Shown here in pieces: positions 57,540 to 64,000 of a stretch of DNA of 64,000 nucleotides. The notes under the pieces were generated by a model. That model was not told the origin of the DNA. It was given only the letters and a program-made list of their open reading frames with translations, and made no database searches. Within the stretch, counting starts at the first letter, position 1; each line of letters starts with the position of its first letter. The stretch comes from Gemmatimonadota bacterium (GTDB lineage: Bacteria > Gemmatimonadota > Gemmatimonadetes > Palauibacterales > Palauibacteraceae), in contig JBDHAC010000002.1 of assembly GCA_039588275.1 (NCBI GenBank), forward strand, positions 32,001-96,000, written 5' to 3'. The position numbers were made by a program, and so were the translations under genes.

Positions 57540-58597
57540 GACACAAGCTCGCTCGTTACACGGTCGCGCTGGCCGCAGCGGCCACCGTCGCGGCCCCGGA
57601 GTCGCTCACGGCACAGGTGACTCCACCCGATCTGCCTCACCAGAGCGATCTCGTGCGGGTGGAGGACCACCCCGACGAGGGCTACCTGGAGCTGGTCGTC
57701 GGACCGGCCGCCCTCCCGGCGCACGGCCCGCATCTGAGACTACCGATCCAGCTGGCCACGCTACCCATCGAGGGGTGGGTGCACGGCTTCGAGTGGGAGA
57801 TGCGGGATGCGGCCGGGAATCCTCTTCCGGATCGGCTGCTGCACCACTGGAACATGGTCAGCCCCGACGAGCGCGAGCTGTTCTCTCCCGTCCCTCTCCG
57901 AGTCCTGGCGGCGGGTCGCGAGACGGAACGATTCGCGCTCCCCAAGTTCCTGGGAGTGCCCATCGAGGAGGGGACCCGCTGGCTGGTCGTCTCGATGTTC
58001 GCCAACCCCACGGACACCCCGTACGACAAGGCGTACCTCCATGTGCGGGTCGACTACACGCGTGCCGAGACCGCACGACTCGCCCCGAGCGATGTTTACC
58101 CGTTCTACGTCGACGTCATGGGGCCGGTGGGAGAAAAGGAATTCCCGCTCCCGCCGGGACGGCATACCCGATCCTTCGAGGCGAGCCCGGCCGCGGATGG
58201 ACGCATCCTGGTCCTGGGGGCACACCTGCATGACTACGGGGAGTGGATCCGCTTCGAGGACGTCACGGCCGGAAAGGTGCTGTGGGAGACAGCCCCCGAC
58301 GTGGATGAAACGGGTGAGGTGACCGGCGTCCCGCGCGGGAATTTCTTCTGGCGGGGCGGACTCCGCGTGTACAAGGATCACGTGTACCGCCTGTCGGTAC
58401 GGTACATGAACCCGCTAGATGTGCCGGCTGCGGATGGCGCGATGGGGGCTCTTGCCGGCATCGTCGTGACCGACCCTTCGGAGTGGCCCGAGTTGGACCG
58501 TTTTCATGAAGCGTACGCGCAGGACCTGCGCAACATGCTCGAGAAGCCGAACGAGGCGCACGGGCACGGTCAGATGGAGCACGGGTCCAGCCCGTAG
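57536..58597 (+). CDS. Secreted protein resembling copper type II ascorbate-dependent monooxygenases (PHM/DBH fold)
   Basis: Signal peptide; LLHHWN, AHLHDYG, late Met (GAMG); His-rich tail. Confidence 0.6.
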   Translation: MRHKLARYTVALAAAATVAAPESLTAQVTPPDLPHQSDLVRVEDHPDEGYLELVVGPAALPAHGPHLRLPIQLATLPIEGWVHGFEWEMRDAAGNPLPDRLLHHWNMVSPDERELFSPVPLRVLAAGRETERFALPKFLGVPIEEGTRWLVVSMFANPTDTPYDKAYLHVRVDYTRAETARLAPSDVYPFYVDVMGPVGEKEFPLPPGRHTRSFEASPAADGRILVLGAHLHDYGEWIRFEDVTAGKVLWETAPDVDETGEVTGVPRGNFFWRGGLRVYKDHVYRLSVRYMNPLDVPAADGAMGALAGIVVTDPSEWPELDRFHEAYAQDLRNMLEKPNEAHGHGQMEHGSSP

Positions 58598-58712
58598 TCC
58601 GCGTGTTCCAGCCGCGGATTCGGGCACCCCGACGGTTCATCCTGGCGCCCCGGCGCCCCGAGCGGCTGTCCGCGCCACAGCCCCGCCGCAGATCGGCTGA
58701 GGTCGCCGCGCG

Positions 58713-59612
58713 ATGCCCGAGCTCCCCGACATCACCGTGTATCTCGAGGCGCTGGAGAGGCGTATCCTGGGCCACGAGCTGCTACGCATCCGCCTCGCCA
58801 ACCCGTTTCTCCTTCGGTCCGTCGAGCCCCCCGTATCGGACGCCGAAGGGCGGCGCGCGCTTCAGCTCCGACGACTCGGGAAGCGCATCGCGATCCAATT
58901 GGAGGGGGATGTGTGGCTGGTCCTGCACCTCATGGTCGCGGGGCGCCTGCGCTGGAGAGAGCCGGAAGCCAACATCCCGAAGCGCCGAGGGCTGGCGGCG
59001 TTCGATTTCGAGAACGGTTGCCTGATTCTGACCGAGGCCGGCACGAAGAAGCGCGCGTCGCTCCACATCGTGTCCGGCGAGGAGGCCCTGTCGGATCATG
59101 ACCCGGGGGGTATCGAGCCGCTCGAGGTCGATCTGCGCGAGTTCGCTGAAGCGATCACCGGCCGGAACCACACGTTGAAACGGGCGCTGACGGACCCACG
59201 TATCCTGAGCGGGATCGGGAACGCGTACTCGGACGAGATCCCTCACCGCGCGAAGCTGTCGCCCGTGAGGTGGACACAGTGCCTGACGGCCGACGAGATC
59301 ACGCGACTGTTCGAGGCGACGCGCGCCACGCTCGGTGAGTGGATCGATACGCTGCGCCAGGAGAGCGGCGATGGCTTTCCCGACAGGGTGACCGCGTTTC
59401 GCGACGACATGGCGGTTCATGAGCGATTCGGGCAGCCCTGTCCAGAATGCGGATCCCCGGTGCAGAGGATTCGGTATGCGGATAACGAGACGAACTATTG
59501 CGCCACCTGCCAGACGGCCGGACGGTTGCTCGCGGATCGGGCCCTGTCCCGGCTGCTGGGGAAGGATTGGCCTCAATCATTAGAGGAGCTGGAGCGAGTG
59601 CGCGCCGGTTGA
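58713..59612 (+). CDS. Fpg/Nei family DNA glycosylase
   Basis: N-terminal PELPD, GKR, HLM..G, GIGNAYSDE, zinc finger CPEC..CATCQ. Confidence 0.93.
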   Translation: MPELPDITVYLEALERRILGHELLRIRLANPFLLRSVEPPVSDAEGRRALQLRRLGKRIAIQLEGDVWLVLHLMVAGRLRWREPEANIPKRRGLAAFDFENGCLILTEAGTKKRASLHIVSGEEALSDHDPGGIEPLEVDLREFAEAITGRNHTLKRALTDPRILSGIGNAYSDEIPHRAKLSPVRWTQCLTADEITRLFEATRATLGEWIDTLRQESGDGFPDRVTAFRDDMAVHERFGQPCPECGSPVQRIRYADNETNYCATCQTAGRLLADRALSRLLGKDWPQSLEELERVRAG

Positions 59613-59618
59613 GAGAGC

Positions 59619-60410
59619 ATGCCTCGACTCGCCATCAACATCCTGGAGGAGGAGCTCGACGAAGCGGCCGCGTTCTGTGAGCGGTCCGGCGTCGGCGCGG
59701 AGGTCACCGCATTCGCCTGGCCGGCGAATCTCGAAGACGGGTTCATGCCGCGCGTCCGCAGGCACAGCGTCGCGCTGGCCGACGTGCCCGTGGCCTCGTG
59801 TCACGGTCCGTTCCTCGATCTGTATCCCGCCAGCCGCGATCCGCTGATCGTCGAGGTGTGTCGCCAACGACATCGGCGCGCGCTGCTCGCCGCACGCGAG
59901 CTCTCGGCGACCTGCTACGTCGCGCACGTCAACTCGATCCCGCTGATTCGGTCGAAGGCCTACCTGGACGACTTCGTCGGGCGGACGGTGGATTTCTGGT
60001 TGCCGTTGGCCGAGGAGTCGGGGCGCCACGACATGACGATCGTGCTCGAGAACCTGTGGGAGCGGGGGCCCGAGGTGCAGCGTGCCATCGTGGAGGCCGC
60101 GGACCACCCGCGGCTCAAGGCATCCTTCGACAACGGGCACGCGCTGCTCCACTCCCGCATGCCTTCGAGCGAGTGGGTCGAGACCCTCGGAGACGACCTG
60201 AAGCACTGTCATCTCCACGACAACGACGGGTCCTATGATTCGCACCGACCGGTGGGAGAGGGAATCGAGTCCTGGGAGCCGCTCCTGAGGGGGTTGGCGC
60301 GTGACGCCCCGGATGCCCTGCTGGTGCTGGAGAGCGACCGGCTGGCTGAGAATCAGACCGCGTTGAACGTGCTGCGGGGTTGGTACGAGAACCTGAAAGA
60401 TCACCGATGA
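59619..60410 (+). CDS. Sugar phosphate isomerase/epimerase (AP endonuclease 2 TIM barrel)
   Basis: HGPFLDL, VLEN, FDNGH, HLHDNDG..D.H...G.G. Confidence 0.88.
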   Translation: MPRLAINILEEELDEAAAFCERSGVGAEVTAFAWPANLEDGFMPRVRRHSVALADVPVASCHGPFLDLYPASRDPLIVEVCRQRHRRALLAARELSATCYVAHVNSIPLIRSKAYLDDFVGRTVDFWLPLAEESGRHDMTIVLENLWERGPEVQRAIVEAADHPRLKASFDNGHALLHSRMPSSEWVETLGDDLKHCHLHDNDGSYDSHRPVGEGIESWEPLLRGLARDAPDALLVLESDRLAENQTALNVLRGWYENLKDHR

Positions 60411-60429
60411 GCTCCAAACGGCCGCTCGA

Positions 60430-60735
60430 GTGATCAAGTTCCACTACCACACCGCTCGCCGGGACATCCCGAGGTTGGGAATCCGGCGCGGGGCCCGCCT
60501 GTGCCACGTGTACAGCGACACGTCGCTCGAGGAGCTCCAGGACTGGGGGCGCCGGCACGGTCTTCGTGTGGAGTGGATCGACGGCGGAGCGGTACCGCAC
60601 TTCGACGCGTTCGGCGAGCATATCGATTTGTGCGGCCCCGGTGTGGGATTCCGCGAGTTGGCCGCGGACATCCGCCGCTGGCGGGCCGTGCACGGGAGGC
60701 CGCGAGCTACGGAGGCCCGCCCGGGTCCTCAGTAG
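60430..60735 (+). CDS. DUF4031-like small protein
   Basis: [13 protein letters not shown]....G....W.....PHFD. Confidence 0.7.
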   Translation: MIKFHYHTARRDIPRLGIRRGARLCHVYSDTSLEELQDWGRRHGLRVEWIDGGAVPHFDAFGEHIDLCGPGVGFRELAADIRRWRAVHGRPRATEARPGPQ

Positions 60736-62870
60736 GCGGCCAGCTCCACGATCGCGTCGGCCAGGTCATCCACCTGCGGGAGGATCGCGTTCTCGAGCTG
60801 GGGCGCGTATCCGACGAACGTGTCCGTCGACGTCACCCTTCGAACCGGACCATCGAGCCATTCGAAAAGCTCATCGGCCAGGCGCGCCGAGATCTCCGCC
60901 CCGAAGCCCCAGGATCGGGCATCTTCGTACGCCACGAGTACCTTGTTCGTCCTCCTGACGGATTCCCCGATCGTCTCCATGTCGAGGGGTGATAGCGTCC
61001 GCAGGTCGATGATCTCCACGTCGACCGGACGCTCTTCCTTCTCCAGCTTCCGCACCGCCTTCGCGGCCCGCTCGACGAGCGCGCCATACGTGATGAGGGT
61101 CAGCGCGTTCCCGGGCCGCACGACCGAGGCCTTCCCCAACGGGATCATGTAATCGGGGCCCGGATACCGCCCCTTGTTGTACGTCTGCCGGTACAGGTGC
61201 TTGTGTTCGAGAAAGAGGACCGGATCATCACAGCGGATCGCCGTGCGGAGGAGTCCGTTGGCGTCGAGCGCGGTTGACGGGCACACGACGCGCATCCCGG
61301 GGGTGTGCGTGAACAGCGACGCGCCGGTCTGCGAGTGGTACATCGCGCCACCCTGCAGGTAGCCACCGTAGGTCGTACGGATCACGAGCGGGCACCTGAA
61401 GGCTCCGTTCGAGCGCCAGCGGAATGTGGTGACCTCGTTACGTATCTGGTGGAAGGCCGGCCAGATGTAGTCGAAGAACTGGATCTCGACCACGGGCTTC
61501 AGGCCGCGGACCGCCATTCCAAGGGCCCGGCCGACGATGTTCGCCTCGGCGAGCGGCGAGTTGAACACGCGATCCGAGCCGAATCGGCGCTGCAGGTTGG
61601 CGGTGACCTTGAACACACCCCCCTTCCCCTTCACTTCCTCCAGGTGTTGCTCGCGACTCACGTCCGCGACGTCCTCTCCGAACAGCACGATCCTGGGATC
61701 GCGCGCCATCTCGTCGCGCAGACACGCGTTCAGGAGGTCCACCATCGTCGTCGGATTGCCCTCGAGCCGTGGCTCCGTAGAGAACGCGGCCGACGTCGGG
61801 TCCACGTCGTGCGAGTACACGTGATGATAGACCGTCGCCGGGTCCGGCTGCGGGCGCTCCATCGCGCGATCCGCGGCCTCCGAGACCTCGGTATCGACCG
61901 CTGCCTGGAGTCCTTCGATGTCTTCCGCGGACAGGAGGCGCTCTCCAACCAGGTAGTCGGCGAACGTGACCAGCGGGTCGCGGCGCGCTTCCGCTTCCCG
62001 CTCGGATTCGGGCTTGTAGGCTCGCTCATCGTCCGACATCGAGTGGCTGTAAGGTCGGATCACCTTCGCGTGGACGAGCGCCGGCCCTCGCCTCTCGCGG
62101 CAGTGTGCGACGGCCTCGCGCATCACCCGATAGCTGGCCAGGGGGTCGGTGCCATCGACCTGACGAATGAGGAGGTCGGGAAACCCCCGCACGGCGTTCG
62201 ATATGCTCCCGCCGGCCGTGTTTACCTCCACCGGGACCGAGATAGCGTAGCCGTTGTCTTCCACCAGGTAGACGACGGGCAGCTTCAGGTTGCTCGCGGT
62301 GTTCAAGGACTCCCAGAACTCGCCCTCGGACGTCGTACCGTCGCCCGTGCAGACCAGCACGACTTCATCGTTCTTGAAGGTGACGCCGCCCGAGCCGTCG
62401 GGCGCGAGACCCAGGCGAGCGGCGCGCACGCCGGCCTCCGCGCACCCCACGCCGGGCAGAAACTGTGTCCCGGTCGGGCTCGAGGCCGTGACGATGTTCA
62501 GGTCCGCGTGCCCGAAGTGGGAGGGCATCTGCCGGCCGCCGCTGGAAGGATCATCGGCCGCGCCGACCCCCTGGAGGAACATCTCGTAGGGCGTCATGCC
62601 GAGCTGGAGACAGAGCGCGCGATCGCGGTAATAGGTGAAGAACCAGTCGTATGCGGGTCGGGTCGCCAGTCCGGCCGCCACCAGCACCGCCTCGTGCCCG
62701 GCCCCGCTGATCTGGAAGAAGATCTTGTTCTGGCGCTTCATGGCCATCTCGCGGTCATCGATCGCCCGCGAGGTGTACATGGTCCGGTAGATCCCGATCA
62801 GTTCCTCGCTCGACAGGCCGTGCCATTCCGGCCGTGTGAGGTGCGGGATTTGCTCCGTCGGTGTCGCCAT
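60729..62870 (-). CDS. Fused E1 alpha/beta 2-oxoacid (probably branched-chain) dehydrogenase
   Basis: [37 protein letters not shown]; beta part [20 protein letters not shown]. Confidence 0.93.
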   Translation of the reverse strand: MATPTEQIPHLTRPEWHGLSSEELIGIYRTMYTSRAIDDREMAMKRQNKIFFQISGAGHEAVLVAAGLATRPAYDWFFTYYRDRALCLQLGMTPYEMFLQGVGAADDPSSGGRQMPSHFGHADLNIVTASSPTGTQFLPGVGCAEAGVRAARLGLAPDGSGGVTFKNDEVVLVCTGDGTTSEGEFWESLNTASNLKLPVVYLVEDNGYAISVPVEVNTAGGSISNAVRGFPDLLIRQVDGTDPLASYRVMREAVAHCRERRGPALVHAKVIRPYSHSMSDDERAYKPESEREAEARRDPLVTFADYLVGERLLSAEDIEGLQAAVDTEVSEAADRAMERPQPDPATVYHHVYSHDVDPTSAAFSTEPRLEGNPTTMVDLLNACLRDEMARDPRIVLFGEDVADVSREQHLEEVKGKGGVFKVTANLQRRFGSDRVFNSPLAEANIVGRALGMAVRGLKPVVEIQFFDYIWPAFHQIRNEVTTFRWRSNGAFRCPLVIRTTYGGYLQGGAMYHSQTGASLFTHTPGMRVVCPSTALDANGLLRTAIRCDDPVLFLEHKHLYRQTYNKGRYPGPDYMIPLGKASVVRPGNALTLITYGALVERAAKAVRKLEKEERPVDVEIIDLRTLSPLDMETIGESVRRTNKVLVAYEDARSWGFGAEISARLADELFEWLDGPVRRVTSTDTFVGYAPQLENAILPQVDDLADAIVELAAY

Positions 62871-63028
62871 CAGCTATCCGAGGTGGCTGCCGCCGGTTCG
62901 AGTGCAGCGCGTCGAGGCAAGGGGCCGCGGCGCGCTACGAAGTTCGCTCAGGAAGCCTGCAGGTCGCTGAAAAAGCTCCAGCGGGCCTGCCAGAGAATAG
63001 TCGTTCAGCAAGGTGTAGACCACTTTTT

Positions 63029-63736
63029 TCAGCTTCCCAGCCTGGCAGGGAAGGAACCCCTGAGGCGCGGCCCCAGCGACCTCTGGTACCTCCGGATCCG
63101 GTCCCCCTCCCCCGTGGGCGGCATCAGCAGCATGAGGGCATGCAATTGAGCGACCACGTAGTCCGACAACTCGTCGTAGCCGGGTGAGCGATGGAAGCCC
63201 CACAGCTGCAGCGGAAGCAGCAGGATCCAGCGGAGATCACCGGCCAGATCGAGGAGGTGGGCTTCATCCAGCTCCATCCTCGGTTCGCCCATCGCGTACC
63301 GCGTGAGCGCCCCCATGAACAGCGCCGAAGCCTCCGGGGCCAGGAGCTCCAGGTCTGGGTATCGGCCCAGGATACGTGCGGCAAAGCTCGACGGAGCGCC
63401 CCCCTCACGGTCCTCGCCCGTCTCATCCGTTACCCCCTCGAGGCCGCCGGGCGCAGCCAGCCGCTGGGCGAGCTCCGTCGGCTCCCCCGCGCCACACACG
63501 AGCCAATCCAGCCTCAGTTCGGGAAAAGCCTTCTTCAGCGCCAGGATGAAGTCCGATCGCGGGCCTCCGCGGGCGGCCACGCCCTGCGCCGGCACCCGCT
63601 CGTAATTGTTGATCGTCCCGAGGCTGACCCGCGCGGGCTCGGGAAGGCGCGCGTTCACGGTATCCCGAAACTCACGCAATGACATACGCTTGACGGACAC
63701 TCGCCAGTGGCGGAGTCGTTCTTGGACAGTGTTCAT
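63029..63736 (-). CDS. Putative XRE-type HTH transcriptional regulator
   Basis: ERLRHWR...MSLREF...VSLGTINNYER...P..DF...L......LDWLVCG.G.P XRE-like pattern. Confidence 0.7.
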   Translation of the reverse strand: MNTVQERLRHWRVSVKRMSLREFRDTVNARLPEPARVSLGTINNYERVPAQGVAARGGPRSDFILALKKAFPELRLDWLVCGAGEPTELAQRLAAPGGLEGVTDETGEDREGGAPSSFAARILGRYPDLELLAPEASALFMGALTRYAMGEPRMELDEAHLLDLAGDLRWILLLPLQLWGFHRSPGYDELSDYVVAQLHALMLLMPPTGEGDRIRRYQRSLGPRLRGSFPARLGS

Positions 63737-63808
63737 TATTCTGCCGTCTCCCCTGGCGGGACGGGTGGATCGACCGACCGTTCAATCGACCGTATATCGT
63801 CCAGTAAT

Positions 63809-63835
63809 TTGAACCGGTCGAGGGCCCCGGTTCAA
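63809..63835. promoter_or_regulatory. Inverted repeat upstream of the HTH gene (candidate operator)
   Basis: TTGAACCGG-N9-CCGGTTCAA, with an extra near half-site ACCGTTCAA at 63777. Confidence 0.45.
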
Positions 63836-64000
63836 CCCCTCCTCCCGGACACGGCCGGTCTTGGCGGATCTCGAGCGCCGTCGCGGGCTGTCCCCGACTG
63901 CGAACCGGCGCTGGGTGAGTAGCCAAGGCGGGCCCGCCTGCATTTATTAGATGGACGGCGGAACGAGAGGCGGCCGGGCCGAAGCCGCTTTTTCACGTCC

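Noticed and set aside
63840..63993. Plus-strand stem-loop with T5 at the window end, suggesting an sRNA or riboswitch
   Set aside because: Stem is short, no known RNA family motif was recognised, and downstream context is cut off

Overview
High-GC bacterial chromosomal window, mostly housekeeping, with no CRISPR array, IS, prophage or rRNA. Gene content and the small lineage-type hypotheticals suggest Gemmatimonadota, which is an inference. Clear features are partial glnS, mscS, pruA, a FabL-like SDR, thiC with a TPP riboswitch, a CHAD-ppk1 pair converging on two OprO/P-like porins, a split glutaminase+nadE pair, tRNA-Glu(CTC), the lipA-pdhABC-lpdA-lipB operon and a fused 2-oxoacid dehydrogenase E1. 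The best candidate for an undescribed system is a translationally coupled Paa-like diiron monooxygenase operon (12682-16583). Its alpha subunit carries BoxB-like motifs, its beta subunit keeps most iron ligands, its PaaD is split, an exported SMP-30-type lipoprotein is embedded in it, and no reductase, CoA ligase or ring-opening genes are nearby. Other notable items are a secreted PHM/DBH-like copper monooxygenase behind a ferredoxin, a four-DnaA-box cluster upstream of an RHH-like mini-gene, an sxtIJK-like carbamoyltransferase cassette abutting an orphan 3' fragment of sdaAA, and a frameshifted ECF sigma factor. All calls come from motif recognition by eye; no searches were run.
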